64,000 nt of DNA from a virus, in the IMG/VR virus record IMGVR_UViG_3300033148_005363, positions 1 through 64,000 of that record; one strand, 5' to 3'. Positions 36,231 through 47,407 of the stretch are shown one piece after another. The notes below the pieces were generated by a model that made no database searches, was not told the DNA's origin, and saw only the letters and a list, made by a program, of their open reading frames with translations. A program made the position numbers and the translations under genes. Within the stretch, counting starts at the first letter, position 1. Every line of letters begins with the position of its first letter.

Positions 36231-36835
36231 TAGAAAGCAATCTCCCCCGGCCACTGAAGGCCGGTCTCGCGCATCTCCTCAGAGGACACCCTGCTACCAC
36301 GAATGGGCGTAATGCTCATCGTCGCCTCCGACAGTATCGACCGCAGATCCGTGTTGCGGAACTGCCGGCGGGTCAGCGTCAGCTTCTCCACGCGGGCCAC
36401 CACGCTGATCTCGTTCGGCCAGATCACCAGAACCCGGGGGGGAGCGCTGGACGCCACGGTGCTCGCCATTTCCACCGGGTACATCAGGCTCATGAGGAAC
36501 CGCTGGATCTCCTGAATGTCCTGCAAGAACCCGCTGCCAGCTACGCCGTCCAGGGCCTTCCTGAAGATCATCAATTCCAGCGGGATAGCGGGGCTGTGGG
36601 TCCCGTCGTAGTGCATCGTATCGCTAGTGTCCCCCGCGGGCAGGAACTTCGTATACTTGGCAGTGAAGGTCGTGACGAGGTTCGTCGGGTTGTACGGGAC
36701 CTCGAACTCATCGCCGTTCGCCATGTCTGCCAGAATGAGCTTCGGCTTCACGCTCGCTGTGGCACCGAAGGACAGCCCCAACTGCTCACGGAGTTCTTGC
36801 TGGATCGCGGTTTCCTGTTCTTCGATGGTCGCCAT
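36230..36835 (-). CDS. Tail tube initiator (contractile-system tube-like protein)
   Basis: YNPT, PPRVLVIWP motifs; directly after the tape measure gene. Confidence 0.7.
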   Translation of the reverse strand: MATIEEQETAIQQELREQLGLSFGATASVKPKLILADMANGDEFEVPYNPTNLVTTFTAKYTKFLPAGDTSDTMHYDGTHSPAIPLELMIFRKALDGVAGSGFLQDIQEIQRFLMSLMYPVEMASTVASSAPPRVLVIWPNEISVVARVEKLTLTRRQFRNTDLRSILSEATMSITPIRGSRVSSEEMRETGLQWPGEIAF

Positions 36836-36837
36836 TA

Positions 36838-39579
36838 CTACCTCGACCAGTCTATGTCGAACAGGTCATACTCTTCCTGCTCAAGCTGGCGAATCCGCCG
36901 ATCTCTTCCCCTGCTCGCTACGATTTCAGCAATTTTGTCGTCACCGATCTGGATAATAATCCGCTCCTCAACTACCCCGCCCTCGGTGACCCCCGTTTCC
37001 ACGGCGGGGAATATGGGCGTCTCGGGAGTTGCGCGCCCTGTGTAGATCGGAACATCGTGGGCAGCGCTCACGCTCTCCTCGATATGGGGGGCGACCCAGT
37101 TCTCCGGTGTCCCGGACACGCCCATTCCAGATTTGTCCGACCCGGTGACCGTCTTTGCCCAACTCACCAATTCGTCAGGAAGGTATCTGGCAGGCAAAAA
37201 CAACACGATGTCAGCCAGGATAGACGATATCTGGTCAATGGCATCCTTGAGCGCATCGCCTATCGCTTTTCCGAGCCCGAGAACAGGCTGAACAACCCAT
37301 TCATCTATTGCGTCACTGAAATCCATAAACGCGGCAGGAAGCGTCTCATCGAAGAACGTGGCGATGCCTGGGAAGTCCTCCCATATGACGTCTTTGAGTT
37401 TGCCGAAATAGTTGATCGCCATCTGAATGAAATCAACCACGCCCTCAATGGCAACGCCAATGCCCTCGAATACAAGAGCGACCCCCTTGATCGCCAGGCC
37501 AAAGGCCCCGCCCAGGAACTCAGCGAAGTCACCGAAAAACGATCTCAGGTCCCCAGTGCCGCCCATCAGATCCGAGAAAATACCCCCCACCTTTTTCACC
37601 GCGCTCCAGATATGGTCGAACCCGCTCACGAGATTATCGATCGGGCTGCCGAGATTCTCGAAGACCGACGCCACGCCACCCGTGAAACGCTCTACGAGTC
37701 CCAGGGCAACCTCCACACCAGCGGCGATGAATTCGAAGACCTTCCCGATGGACAAAGCGACCGTGGTCCCGAAGGCCTTCCAGGTTGCGGAACTCTCACC
37801 AACGACGCTCTTGCCGCCCAAAAGAGCACCGAACAACCTCTCCACCGCGCTGAAGACCCCGCCCACCGCCTTGCCGACCGCGATGAGCGCGGGCTGCGCA
37901 GACTCCCAGGCCTGAGCGAACCCTTCCATTACCCCAGCCCACAACGCCTTGAAACGGTGCAACAGCATCCCCACGCCGATCACGAACTGCTTGATCCCCT
38001 GGTTCTCTGCCTTCCCGAACTCCTCGCGCACGGCCCCCGAGAACCCGCCCTGGGTGAAGATCTGCGTCAGCCCGTTCCAAGCAAGCCGGATCCTGTCCAC
38101 CCACCCGTCTACCCAGTCGGCGAACCCGCCCAGGTTCTCCATGTACGCCTGCCGGATCAGGAGCGCGGCACCCACCACCACCCCGATAGGAACGGACAAA
38201 GCGAGGAACGACCGGCCCACGGCAAGCGCCGCCACGCGGACCGCACCGAGCGCCCTGCCCAGCAGTGGAAGCGCACCGGCCAAGAGGGTGGCCGCGCCGC
38301 CCATCATCAGGATGACCCCCGCCAGACTGATGTACCGACCTATCGAGTCCCGCGTGTCCTGTGACAGCGCCTGCCACCGCACGATCAGGGTGTTCAGCAC
38401 GGCGATGATCTTCTCCACCGCCGGCCGGATCGCCGTGGCCATGTCCTTGCCCACCACGGTAATGAACGTCTGCACCGAACCCCGGGCCAGCGTCAACTGC
38501 CCCTGGAAGGTATCAAGCAACCGCTCCTTGAACTCCTTCGCCGTGCCCCCCGCCTTCCCCAGCTCGCCGCGCAGGTGCGCGATCGCGTCCGCGCCCTTCA
38601 GCGTTTGCTTCGTGCCATCGGGGAGGATTCGGGTAGCGGTCGCCTTCATCACCGCGTTGAAGGCCAGCAAACCACGGGCACCGAACGCCCTGGCGATCGT
38701 GGCGTTCCGTTCCTTCTCCGTCACGTCACCCATCGCCAGACCCATGTCCTGAATGACATTGATCATGGGACGAATCGCGCCCGTCTGCTTGTCGTAGATG
38801 TCCACCCCGAGTTTGGTGACAGCGGCCTGCGCGTTCTGGTCCGCGGCCAGCCGGCGCGTCGCCTCCCTGTACGCGGTGGCTGAACTGCTCGCTTCGATGT
38901 TCATATTCCTGAGCTGTCCCACCACGATCAGCGTGTCCTCAAGGCTCTGCCCGAATGTTGCCCCCGCCGCCGCTGCCTTCGCCAGCCCGATAGAAAAATC
39001 CTTCGCCTGGAAGTTCGTAAGTTGCGTCGTGCGCAGCAGTTTGTCCGTCACCGCCCCCGCATTCTCCGCCGCTATCCCGTACGCGTTGAGGGTACCGACC
39101 ACGGCCTCCGCGGACCCTGCGACCCCCAGTTGACCCAGGGACCCCGCCGCCAAGTCAAGCACGGGGATCAAGGTCGCCGTCGCCTGTTGCGCGGACTGCC
39201 CCGCCGTGGCCAAACTCGTCAGCCCCTCCACCGCTTCCTTCGGGCTGAACTGCGTGGCGATGCCCGCCTGGATCGCCGCGTTCTCCAGCCCCTTCAGTTC
39301 TGCGCTGGTTGCCCGCGTCACCGCCCCCACCGCGGCAAGGCCCTGCTCAAACTCACCCGCTGCCTTGGCGAGCTTGAACTGCCCTGCCAGGAGCAACCCC
39401 CCCGCGGCCAGGCCAGCGATGCCAGCCCCCATTGTTGCGATGTTGCGAGTGAATGAAGCGCGGGTCTTATCTACGTCCGTGCGGAGGCCCGTGAAGTCGT
39501 TGCGGAGGCCCCTGACCTTGCCTGACGCCAGATTCTTTGCAGTGAAGAGGAAGCCAAGCCCCATGTTGTTGAGCGCCAT
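36838..39579 (-). CDS. Tape measure protein (TP901 family)
   Basis: [25 protein letters not shown]; long Ala/Gly helical protein. Confidence 0.9.
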   Translation of the reverse strand: MALNNMGLGFLFTAKNLASGKVRGLRNDFTGLRTDVDKTRASFTRNIATMGAGIAGLAAGGLLLAGQFKLAKAAGEFEQGLAAVGAVTRATSAELKGLENAAIQAGIATQFSPKEAVEGLTSLATAGQSAQQATATLIPVLDLAAGSLGQLGVAGSAEAVVGTLNAYGIAAENAGAVTDKLLRTTQLTNFQAKDFSIGLAKAAAAGATFGQSLEDTLIVVGQLRNMNIEASSSATAYREATRRLAADQNAQAAVTKLGVDIYDKQTGAIRPMINVIQDMGLAMGDVTEKERNATIARAFGARGLLAFNAVMKATATRILPDGTKQTLKGADAIAHLRGELGKAGGTAKEFKERLLDTFQGQLTLARGSVQTFITVVGKDMATAIRPAVEKIIAVLNTLIVRWQALSQDTRDSIGRYISLAGVILMMGGAATLLAGALPLLGRALGAVRVAALAVGRSFLALSVPIGVVVGAALLIRQAYMENLGGFADWVDGWVDRIRLAWNGLTQIFTQGGFSGAVREEFGKAENQGIKQFVIGVGMLLHRFKALWAGVMEGFAQAWESAQPALIAVGKAVGGVFSAVERLFGALLGGKSVVGESSATWKAFGTTVALSIGKVFEFIAAGVEVALGLVERFTGGVASVFENLGSPIDNLVSGFDHIWSAVKKVGGIFSDLMGGTGDLRSFFGDFAEFLGGAFGLAIKGVALVFEGIGVAIEGVVDFIQMAINYFGKLKDVIWEDFPGIATFFDETLPAAFMDFSDAIDEWVVQPVLGLGKAIGDALKDAIDQISSILADIVLFLPARYLPDELVSWAKTVTGSDKSGMGVSGTPENWVAPHIEESVSAAHDVPIYTGRATPETPIFPAVETGVTEGGVVEERIIIQIGDDKIAEIVASRGRDRRIRQLEQEEYDLFDIDWSR

Positions 39580-39589
39580 ACGACCCCCC

Positions 39590-39964
39590 TCATTTTCCCT
39601 CCAGCGCCTTCTTCTCCGCAGCCCTGCGATCCTGGATCATGTCCATGTAGGCACCCGCCTCATCCGAGGCCAAGCCCTTGACCCATTCCGGCGTAGCGCC
39701 CAAGCCCTGCCCGCCGTGCGACTGCCACAGGAGTCCAAAGAACGTCCGGCGAACCGCCTCGCCGGTAATCGGGAAGAGCTGCTCCGCGGGGTACGGAGTG
39801 CCTCCCTCCTCATCGTCTACTCCGCGTCCACCGGGTCCGGGAGAGCCGGAGGAGCCGCCTCCTCGACCACCGGAACTTCCTGGAGTTGGGCCTCGCCCTC
39901 CTCCACGTCGTCTTTCACCCTCCTCTTCCCAGAGCGCGGAGAGAAGAAAGTCCGATCGAAAGGG
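39590..39964 (-). CDS. Second tail assembly chaperone segment (gpGT-like), probably made by a -1 frameshift
   Basis: Open -1 frame reading ..[35 protein letters not shown] with no canonical start upstream of that block; slippery CCCTTTC at 39958-39964. Confidence 0.55.
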   Translation of the reverse strand, partial: PFRSDFLLSALWEEEGERRRGGGRGPTPGSSGGRGGGSSGSPGPGGRGVDDEEGGTPYPAEQLFPITGEAVRRTFFGLLWQSHGGQGLGATPEWVKGLASDEAGAYMDMIQDRRAAEKKALEGK

Positions 39965-40695
39965 AGTTCACGCTCGATCATGGTATCGCACCGGCGACAC
40001 ACAACCTCGATCGTCGTCTCCACCCCGCAGTCGTGCTTCTCCATCTCGGCACGGAGCCAGTCAGCCTCGTCGCTGTCCAGTTCCTGGATCCAGTTGACAA
40101 CCTGCGAAGGCTTCAACCCCCCCACCTCGACGATCCGCATCATCAGGTTGAGGGTCGACTGCCGAGCAGAGAACCGCTCCTGCTTCTCAAGCATGTCCCG
40201 CTCGATCTGGCCAATCGGCAGGCTGTAGACGATCTTTGTGCCCTCCCCGGGGAGCTCGCACTCGAAGCGGTTTCCACCCGAGAACCGAGCCCTGTCCGCC
40301 GCCGCCAGCTTCTGCACCGGACGCTTCAGCAGATCCAGCGTCCAAGGCACCATGGCCTTACAAGTCGGGCTGGTGCATCGGACATCGAAGTCGTAGTCCT
40401 TACCGTAGGTGGCCACCCGAAGCATCATCAGCGCGTAGTACCGATCCCCTTGCAGTATCTTCGCCCAATCAACCTGGACGCCGCTCCCTGCCTCAAGGTG
40501 CCCGTAGGGACCGGGATCAACCACCTGGACGGTGCAGGCACGAAGGACATCGTCCAACGCCACACCCAGGCGATGCGCCTCAACATCGGCAAGGACATCC
40601 TCGTCACGGACCTTCATCTTGCGTACGACGATCACCAGCCCCGAAGGGCACTCGATTTTCCTGGTCTTGGGTCGGATGGTGGGTTGATGGCTCAT
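39817..40695 (-). CDS. Tail assembly chaperone (T4 gp26-like with CxxC motifs)
   Basis: [33 protein letters not shown]; between tube and tape measure. Confidence 0.75.
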   Translation of the reverse strand: MSHQPTIRPKTRKIECPSGLVIVVRKMKVRDEDVLADVEAHRLGVALDDVLRACTVQVVDPGPYGHLEAGSGVQVDWAKILQGDRYYALMMLRVATYGKDYDFDVRCTSPTCKAMVPWTLDLLKRPVQKLAAADRARFSGGNRFECELPGEGTKIVYSLPIGQIERDMLEKQERFSARQSTLNLMMRIVEVGGLKPSQVVNWIQELDSDEADWLRAEMEKHDCGVETTIEVVCRRCDTMIERELPFDRTFFSPRSGKRRVKDDVEEGEAQLQEVPVVEEAAPPALPDPVDAE

Positions 40696-40790
40696 GCTCT
40701 ACCTCTCACGCCGTGGTGTACTCTACCTGGAGCCTCCGCGCCCCATGCGCGAGGGTTCTTTACCTGGGTGGCCGGACGGCCACGGGGGGG

Positions 40791-41240
40791 CTACTCAGCC
40801 CAGTCGGGGTAGCGGAACTTGAGGGTCAGCGACTCCATGCGGACCTCGCCCGACTTGTTGTCCCATTTGCCCGAAGACCAGTCAGCGACCTGGCATTCCT
40901 TGAGGATGAACTCCTCCTCCCGCTCGTCGTCGTATCCGAGTTGCACGATCGTAGCGGTGAAGGTCTCAGTCGATCCCTTGTTGGACGAGGAATTGGCAGA
41001 CGCCTTGAAGAGGTTCCACATGTCCTTGTTCTCGGACGCGCCCTTGGAGAGGGTGATGTCCGCAAACTTGACATGCATCGGAATCTCTTCCGGGGTTATC
41101 GTTCCCCCCTCGAAGTACTCGGAGAAATCCTTGGTCCCCTTGATCTCTCCGCAATCGGTGAACTTCGCGGACTCAACCCCGTCGATCTCGACGAGGAACT
41201 TCATCTCCTGATAACGATTGCGCGGCTTTCCAGTCCCCAT
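40791..41240 (-). CDS. Tail tube protein (T4 gp19-like)
   Basis: FLVEIDG, YFEGG, DITLSKG, WDN. Confidence 0.88.
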   Translation of the reverse strand: MGTGKPRNRYQEMKFLVEIDGVESAKFTDCGEIKGTKDFSEYFEGGTITPEEIPMHVKFADITLSKGASENKDMWNLFKASANSSSNKGSTETFTATIVQLGYDDEREEEFILKECQVADWSSGKWDNKSGEVRMESLTLKFRYPDWAE

Positions 41241-41260
41241 GCGATTCTCCTCCGCGGGCC

Positions 41261-43522
41261 TTAGCCCACGAGCATCTGCTCGTATTCGTTGACGACCCAG
41301 TCGATAGCGCTGGCAGCGTTGAAGCCAACGCGGACCAGGAGCTTGCCTGCCTTCTTCACCGCCGCGGTGTTCAGCGCCGTGCCCACGTCCACGTAGAACG
41401 CATCCTCGGGGACCTCCGAATCGAAGGCGCCCAGCTTCATCTGCTCCAGCAGGTACTTGTCGACAGCGTTATGGGCGTCCGACCGAACCCGATCCGAAGG
41501 GCGCTCGTGCCGGAACACGTCCAGGCCCGCGTCGATGATCTTCTCCATCCGGGCCGTGCCGCGCCGCTGCGCGATGGTGGTCCAGTTGCCGTCACCCTTC
41601 AGGTTGCGATGACCGTCCATGAAGACCTGGCCACCCTCGGGCTGCCAGATCGGATTGATCCGACGCGGGTAGACGATATCCCGCTTCTTGACGTCGTTGC
41701 TCTCCGGGGTCTCGCGGCCAGCGATGATCTCCAGACCGGTGGCACCCTTCAGGTACCCGCGGGTCTCACCCGCCGGCTCGTCGTAGATCCCGCCCTCGCG
41801 GCCAGCATCCGTCCGCGCCATCATCCCAGCGACTGACGCTGCCGGATCCACGAGGATGTTCTCCGTGTCACCGAAGACCGCCTTGTCCGGGTTGCCGATC
41901 TTGATCCGGGGCCAGGCGATCGAACCCTCCTCACGGTAGTTCTCGATCCCAGCCGACACCACGTGCGACACCATGGCCGCTGCGGTCATGCCCGCGGGGG
42001 TCCCCAGCACGGGGAACACCTTCCAGTCACGGTCATCATGGCAGTAGTCCACCATGCCCTTCTGCATGGTCTCGGAGGTCTGGTTCGGGATCACGAGGAG
42101 GTCGAAGTCCGTCACCGTGCCGAGCGCGTAGAGCCCGACCTCCGACACAGCGGACCCGAGGAAATCGTTGTCCACGATCCCCGCTATCGCATCCGCTCCG
42201 CCCGTGAACGGCCCGAAAGTCCCGTTGGCAGGCCGGTCCAGGAGGGGGGTCCCCAGGCCAGCGACGAGATCCGTCGGCACCACCAGATCAGACCCAGTGG
42301 TCTCCTGCGTGATCTTCGTCACGACGTGGTCCGTGCTCGTAGTGTCCACGATGCAATTCGGGAACGTCTCCAGCACCACCCCGTCCACGAGGAACGAAAT
42401 GTTGAAGTACGCCGCCTCACCGCTGCTAGCGTCGGCGACTACCGTGGTCATGTCGTCCGAGTCGATCCCGAACCAGTTGGCCGTCAGGAGCACGGTGTCC
42501 GACTGCGCGACATCCGATCCCTCATGGAGAACGGTATCGAACCCGAAGCGATCCAGGGCCGTGCTTGTCGCGTCGAACTTGAAGGACGCTGCGGCGCCCG
42601 TGTCGATGGTCGAGATCCGGGCGGTGAGGTTCGCGTTCTGCGTCACCGTAACACCGACGGGGACGGCATCCTCGAAGGTTGCCTCAGCCAGCGCCTTGAA
42701 TTCCGCAAAGGTCACCGCGCTCAGGTCAGCCACGTTCCCCGTCCCGCTGCCATCGGCGCCCGTCAGGCCCAAGGTCGCTGCGGCGGTCCCGCCGGTCACA
42801 CGGAAGCGGGCGCCAGAGCCCTGCTGTCCCGTCTCGAAGGTCAGGTCAGGGCCAGCAACCCCCTCGTACGCGTAGGCATCCTGAAGCTGTGCCTGGACCG
42901 CGTCTGCAACATCCTGAGCACTCGCGTAAGCGATCATCCCGTCGCCGGGGATCGTGAGGATCTGGGTATGCGTGAGATCCGCGCCCACCACCACGATCAG
43001 GGTCGTATCCCCAGCGGGGGTCCACGGGTACGGGTTAGGGGCTGGGGCCGCCAACACAGAGGCGGACGTCCCGGCAAAGGTGAGGGTGTTGTCGGGATCC
43101 ACATTGACCGACCCAACCAGGGTCTCGCCGTTCTGGACCAGCCAGGGAGCGGCCACCGTGCCGTCGATGACGGCTGCGGACGGGGCCACCGCCTCGGTCT
43201 GGAGGGTGAGTTCCCCCTTCGCCGCGCTGTGGGTTCCCGCGTTGAGGTCGTCGTAGTGGACGGTCCGGAGGCAGTAAACCTTCGTCCCCTCATCCACCTC
43301 CTCGTAGAACTGCCAGGCAGCCAGGATCAGGCTGTAGTCCGCTCCGTACCCGCCGAACTTGGCGAGCACCTCTGCGAAACTGTAGCACGCGAAGGCCACC
43401 CCGATCGGACCGCGGCCGGCCAAACCCACCAGGGTCGTCACGCCGGTCTGGCCGCGGTTGCCCAGTTTCTTGGCCGCGGCCTTCTCAAACGAAATCACCT
43501 TACTCGCGAGAAGTTGATTCAT
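41261..43522 (-). CDS. Tail sheath protein with inserted domains
   Basis: GRGPIG, WPRI, VAGMMARTD..G..PAG, RINPI, AFYVD. Confidence 0.92.
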   Translation of the reverse strand: MNQLLASKVISFEKAAAKKLGNRGQTGVTTLVGLAGRGPIGVAFACYSFAEVLAKFGGYGADYSLILAAWQFYEEVDEGTKVYCLRTVHYDDLNAGTHSAAKGELTLQTEAVAPSAAVIDGTVAAPWLVQNGETLVGSVNVDPDNTLTFAGTSASVLAAPAPNPYPWTPAGDTTLIVVVGADLTHTQILTIPGDGMIAYASAQDVADAVQAQLQDAYAYEGVAGPDLTFETGQQGSGARFRVTGGTAAATLGLTGADGSGTGNVADLSAVTFAEFKALAEATFEDAVPVGVTVTQNANLTARISTIDTGAAASFKFDATSTALDRFGFDTVLHEGSDVAQSDTVLLTANWFGIDSDDMTTVVADASSGEAAYFNISFLVDGVVLETFPNCIVDTTSTDHVVTKITQETTGSDLVVPTDLVAGLGTPLLDRPANGTFGPFTGGADAIAGIVDNDFLGSAVSEVGLYALGTVTDFDLLVIPNQTSETMQKGMVDYCHDDRDWKVFPVLGTPAGMTAAAMVSHVVSAGIENYREEGSIAWPRIKIGNPDKAVFGDTENILVDPAASVAGMMARTDAGREGGIYDEPAGETRGYLKGATGLEIIAGRETPESNDVKKRDIVYPRRINPIWQPEGGQVFMDGHRNLKGDGNWTTIAQRRGTARMEKIIDAGLDVFRHERPSDRVRSDAHNAVDKYLLEQMKLGAFDSEVPEDAFYVDVGTALNTAAVKKAGKLLVRVGFNAASAIDWVVNEYEQMLVG

Positions 43523-43531
43523 GACTTCCTC

Positions 43532-43591
43532 CGTCAGATCTGACGCTGATACCGTATCACGCCAGATTCACAATCCACAAGACCCAATTTC
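43532..43591 (-). promoter_or_regulatory. Putative regulated late promoter upstream of the sheath gene
   Basis: Motif CAAGACCCAATTTC (shared with 55106-55119); palindromes CGTCAGATCTGACG and TGATAC-C-GTATCA. Confidence 0.5.
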
Positions 43592-43597
43592 CAGATC

Positions 43598-44608
43598 CTA
43601 ATCGTCGCTCAAAACCTGGGCATCCAACTCGGACACCTCGCCGTCCACTCCGCTACCGAGGATACCGCTGATCACCTGTGGCAGGAAGGACTCGATATCG
43701 ATCTCCTTCACCACCCACGTCTGCCGAAAATACTGGACGTTGCTGTTGCCCTTCGCCGCACCGAAAGCCATCTCCGTGTCAGGCAGGATCGGGTATATCT
43801 TGTCGCCGCGATCAGCATCGTCCGGGTCAGCCGCAACGGTCAGCGTCCGATTCATCTTGAAAAACCGCGTCACAGCGGAGGACAGATTCATCAGATGCTT
43901 GTCGTTGTTCACCACCCCGATCACTTGGAACCGAAGATCCACCGTCTCCGGGGTCTCGATCTCTACCGTCCCCAGCGCACTATCCAACGTCTCCGCGCCC
44001 CGCTCCAGTGTCATGCCCATCCGGTCGAACGGGATCCCCTGGATACTGAGGCTGATCGCCGGGAGCTCCGAGAGTTGCGTAACCGCCGATCCGTCCACCG
44101 TGTCGTCGTAGTCCGTGTGGACCGTGGTCACCACGTTCCGCATCACCTGCCTGCGCATCAACTGAATGAGTTGGCGAATCACCCGCATGGCCATGCTGTC
44201 GCGCTTCAGGTCCGGGTACTCGTAGGAGAAGGCCTCCTCAAGCGTGGCCTCCTCGTCGGGAATCGGGTCGCCATCTTCGTCGATGTTCCGAACGGTGATG
44301 TCCACCGCGCCCTTCACCGCCCCGGTTTTCCTGTCCGTCACGTACGTCGCTGGGGTCCCCCCTGGGACACGGCAGAAGAGGATGCGGTCCCCGGGATCAC
44401 CATCGGGATCATCGATCACCCCCGTGTGTTTCCAGTTGCATTCAACGCCGTCGAAGAGGACAGCCACGTGCTTCTTCAGGTCTCCAGCGGGGCCTGTCGC
44501 CGGTGGTGCGTGCGGAAAGGCGATGTTCGCCCCCCGGATCGTCACCAGGTAGTTCCCGTGGCTCAGGCCAACGACGGGGGTCACGGATGTAATCGTGGGC
44601 ACTGCCAT
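43598..44608 (-). CDS. Tail terminator/neck protein with N-terminal IPT/TIG domain
   Basis: PTITSVTP..G..VTIRGAN; position before the sheath. Confidence 0.65.
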   Translation of the reverse strand: MAVPTITSVTPVVGLSHGNYLVTIRGANIAFPHAPPATGPAGDLKKHVAVLFDGVECNWKHTGVIDDPDGDPGDRILFCRVPGGTPATYVTDRKTGAVKGAVDITVRNIDEDGDPIPDEEATLEEAFSYEYPDLKRDSMAMRVIRQLIQLMRRQVMRNVVTTVHTDYDDTVDGSAVTQLSELPAISLSIQGIPFDRMGMTLERGAETLDSALGTVEIETPETVDLRFQVIGVVNNDKHLMNLSSAVTRFFKMNRTLTVAADPDDADRGDKIYPILPDTEMAFGAAKGNSNVQYFRQTWVVKEIDIESFLPQVISGILGSGVDGEVSELDAQVLSDD

Positions 44609-45223
44609 CTATGGCCTCCCTGCCACGCCGTTCAGCAGGACAGCGACCCGAGCAGCATACCGGCGCTTGAGCCCGATACGCCACTTCTTGAACGCGGGCT
44701 CCATGAACGGATAGGGGGGGATGCTATAGGTCAGGACCGTAGTACTCGCCTTCAGCGGGGCCTTGATCGTGCCCTGAATGAACAACGCGAGGAAGAGCCG
44801 CCGCACCGCCGGGGTCACTGGCACCACCACCACCGGGACCCCGTACTCAAGGGCCTTGGCTACATTCACCAGCCCCTGCCCGTCCCTACCCACTGCCGAC
44901 CTCTTGACACCCACGAAATACGCAGCGCGGCCACCCATGTACATATGCGTAACGCTAACGTTGTTCCGCAGGTCCCCGTGCCGCATCAACGCCTTCGTCC
45001 CGCTGAACCCCTGCAACTTTCGGATACCCAACGTGATCGGAGACAGGGACGAGAACGCCCGCCCGCCCGGGGCTTGGTTCGTAATCCCCTGGACGATCTC
45101 GCGCCGGAGTGCGTGGGCCTCCAGCGCGGCCGCCCGCGTCTGCGCTCGCTCCATTTTCTCAGGGAGGGTACGCAGGATACGCCCGGTCTTCCGCCAGTCG
45201 CCTGTGAGTTGGATCTCTGACAT
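44609..45223 (-). CDS. Neck/virion morphogenesis protein
   Basis: KALMRHGDLRN, EYG, IPPYPFMEPA. Confidence 0.7.
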   Translation of the reverse strand: MSEIQLTGDWRKTGRILRTLPEKMERAQTRAAALEAHALRREIVQGITNQAPGGRAFSSLSPITLGIRKLQGFSGTKALMRHGDLRNNVSVTHMYMGGRAAYFVGVKRSAVGRDGQGLVNVAKALEYGVPVVVVPVTPAVRRLFLALFIQGTIKAPLKASTTVLTYSIPPYPFMEPAFKKWRIGLKRRYAARVAVLLNGVAGRP

Positions 45224-45705
45224 CAGACCCGTGCCCCCTGCTCCCGGACATCGAGGGCCACCTGCCAGAAATTCATGCCCCCCTCGAGCACCGCGGGCCG
45301 CACCTCAGTGACGTAGACCGGCACGCGGTCGAAGGACACCGCCGGGCGCTTGAATCGATCCAGCAACCTGCTCACCCTGTCATTGACCCGGATGCTGATC
45401 CCGCCCGTGCCATCGAGGAGGCCAGCCCGTTGCAGGTCGCGTTTGTGGGCAAAAAACTTCAGATTGGTGGACGGGACATTCCCCGTCGCCACCTGGGCCA
45501 AACCCTCGAAATCCTGCATGTCGATGGTCGCCTTCAGCAGGATCGCATCCGCCTCCGGACGCTTGAGGGTGCCGACCTTGTCGTCGTCATCGGCGACGAA
45601 GAGGGCCTCGCTCAGGTCGTCGTCGTAGATGTCCACGTCCTCGATCTCGGTGACGAGTTGCCGCAGCTCCACGTAGAACGGATGGATGGCTCGTCCCGAT
45701 GCCAT
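45223..45705 (-). CDS. Head closure/stopper-like protein
   Basis: Position in the neck module. Confidence 0.55.
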   Translation of the reverse strand: MASGRAIHPFYVELRQLVTEIEDVDIYDDDLSEALFVADDDDKVGTLKRPEADAILLKATIDMQDFEGLAQVATGNVPSTNLKFFAHKRDLQRAGLLDGTGGISIRVNDRVSRLLDRFKRPAVSFDRVPVYVTEVRPAVLEGGMNFWQVALDVREQGARV

Positions 45706-45707
45706 GA

Positions 45708-46730
45708 CTACACGACCACCACACGCGGGGGCCGGACGTACTCAAGAAGGAGGTCATCGATCTCCGCGTCCCCGGTAATGGCACCGGCGCGCCCCCGGAA
45801 AAACGCGGTGCCGTGGCTGCCCATGCGATCGCTCTGGACAAGGTGCCGCGTCGTCCGATCCTCAACGTCGTCGTAGAACTTCTGCGGCGAAGACTGCCGA
45901 ACCGCGAGCAATACCGCGGCCCGCCGCAACGGAAGCGGGAGGTGACCCGGCCCCGGCACTCCGACATCAGGATCCGTGTAGCCGAACACTCCGCTCAACC
46001 AGTAAAGGTACCCTGTCGACCACGTGCCGCCATGAATCAGAAGCCCGGGGAGTACCCGGTCGTCGCGCTGCCCAGCCCCCTGGGTTCGGAGATGACGATT
46101 CAGGACCTCGACCTCGTCCAGGTCGTAGTCATCGGAATCCCGGACTCCACTGGCGATCATCCCCTCCTGTACCGACTCCAGACCGATGATCGGGTCGGGC
46201 AGTACCAAAAGATCATTACCGGTGCCGCGCGCCTCCACCTCGGTCCCCACGGGGCCGAACCACTGCCGTCCAGTCACGCCCCGGATATGCTGCGCAACCC
46301 GCGAAAGGACGCCCTGCAGCCGCTCGTCCGAGATGTCATCGGAATCGAACCCCTCGGCCCTCACCTCGTACGGGAGGCAAAGCCAAGTAGTGGGGTCCTC
46401 CCAAAGCACGGAGGCCACCTCAAAGTCGCGCCGGACGCTGTACTGTGCCCCGCCATCCACCACGGTCCACTGCCAGCGGACCTGCCATCTCCCGGCAGTC
46501 GCGTCCTCAGCGATCTCCTCGTCCACGCAATACCGCCCGGTGGACACCTTCACGGCGTCCGTCCAGCCCGCGGTAATGTGCGCCGGGGCATCGCCAGCCA
46601 TGTCCCAGAGTTGATACTGAATTGAATAGGGGTCGATCAATCGACCGGTTTCTGGATCGATGACCCAAAGATCGAGGAGAAATTCGGCTGCCCCGGATCC
46701 GAGGCTACTTCCCTGCACCACCGTCAGCAT
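45708..46730 (-). CDS. Head-tail adaptor protein
   Basis: IRGVTGR, FGY..P.PLRRA, TGDAEIDDLLLEY. Confidence 0.65.
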   Translation of the reverse strand: MLTVVQGSSLGSGAAEFLLDLWVIDPETGRLIDPYSIQYQLWDMAGDAPAHITAGWTDAVKVSTGRYCVDEEIAEDATAGRWQVRWQWTVVDGGAQYSVRRDFEVASVLWEDPTTWLCLPYEVRAEGFDSDDISDERLQGVLSRVAQHIRGVTGRQWFGPVGTEVEARGTGNDLLVLPDPIIGLESVQEGMIASGVRDSDDYDLDEVEVLNRHLRTQGAGQRDDRVLPGLLIHGGTWSTGYLYWLSGVFGYTDPDVGVPGPGHLPLPLRRAAVLLAVRQSSPQKFYDDVEDRTTRHLVQSDRMGSHGTAFFRGRAGAITGDAEIDDLLLEYVRPPRVVVV

Positions 46731-47163
46731 CGGCCTTCCCCTCTGCCCCGCCTGCGTCAGCGCCGGGGGGCTTCTCCTCCGACTCCGCCGCCTGTTCGAT
46801 CATGGTCTGGAGTTGCTTCGCCGTCATCGCCGCCTCGCGAGCCTGGCCCGTCCTCTCGTCGGAGAGTTTCATCTGCGCGCCAGCCTCGGCAAACAGCTCC
46901 TGCCCGACACCGTCGACCAAGTCGAGACACATCTTCCGCAGAGCCGCCTGGGTGTCCCCATCCTTCTCGTTGAGCACCTTGTCCCAGGCAATCCGCAGTT
47001 CGTCCTGCGCCGCCTCGCCCTCCATCCGTGCCCGCATCTTCGCTGGCAACGCTTGCGAGAGTTTGGCCAGCACCGTGGACGCGCCCCTATGCTGCGTCGA
47101 CACCTGCATGTACTGCGCCGCAGCCGCTTTCTTGGTCTTCACGAATTCATCAGTCCCTTGCAC
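46705..47163 (-). CDS. Hypothetical coiled protein
   Basis: Overlapping ORF within the operon. Confidence 0.5.
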   Translation of the reverse strand: MQGTDEFVKTKKAAAAQYMQVSTQHRGASTVLAKLSQALPAKMRARMEGEAAQDELRIAWDKVLNEKDGDTQAALRKMCLDLVDGVGQELFAEAGAQMKLSDERTGQAREAAMTAKQLQTMIEQAAESEEKPPGADAGGAEGKADADGGAGK

Positions 47164-47407
47164 GATCTTTCTCCCCCGGACCCAGCGGCCGCGTCAACTT
47201 CTTCATCGCCCGCTGGCTCGAATCGAACCGCGCAGACTCCGAATTGGCAAACTCGATCCTGAGTCCTTCTGCTTTACCTTGGGGATCTGCGAATGCGAAG
47301 CGGTACCGGCGACGATCGAGCTTGACGGCGCTGAGCACCTCCAACCCCCGCATGTGCCAGAACGCAGCGATCGACAGATCCGGGGTCGTTGCGACCCTGT
47401 CACTCAC
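47150..47407 (-). CDS. Small DUF5659-like protein
   Basis: TPDLSIAAFW..G..FAF pattern. Confidence 0.55.
   Translation of the reverse strand: MSDRVATTPDLSIAAFWHMRGLEVLSAVKLDRRRYRFAFADPQGKAEGLRIEFANSESARFDSSQRAMKKLTRPLGPGEKDRARD

Noticed and set aside
28318-43522. Stand-alone contractile injection system or tailocin
   Set aside because: Capsid, portal, terminase and replication genes are contiguous, so this is a phage tail
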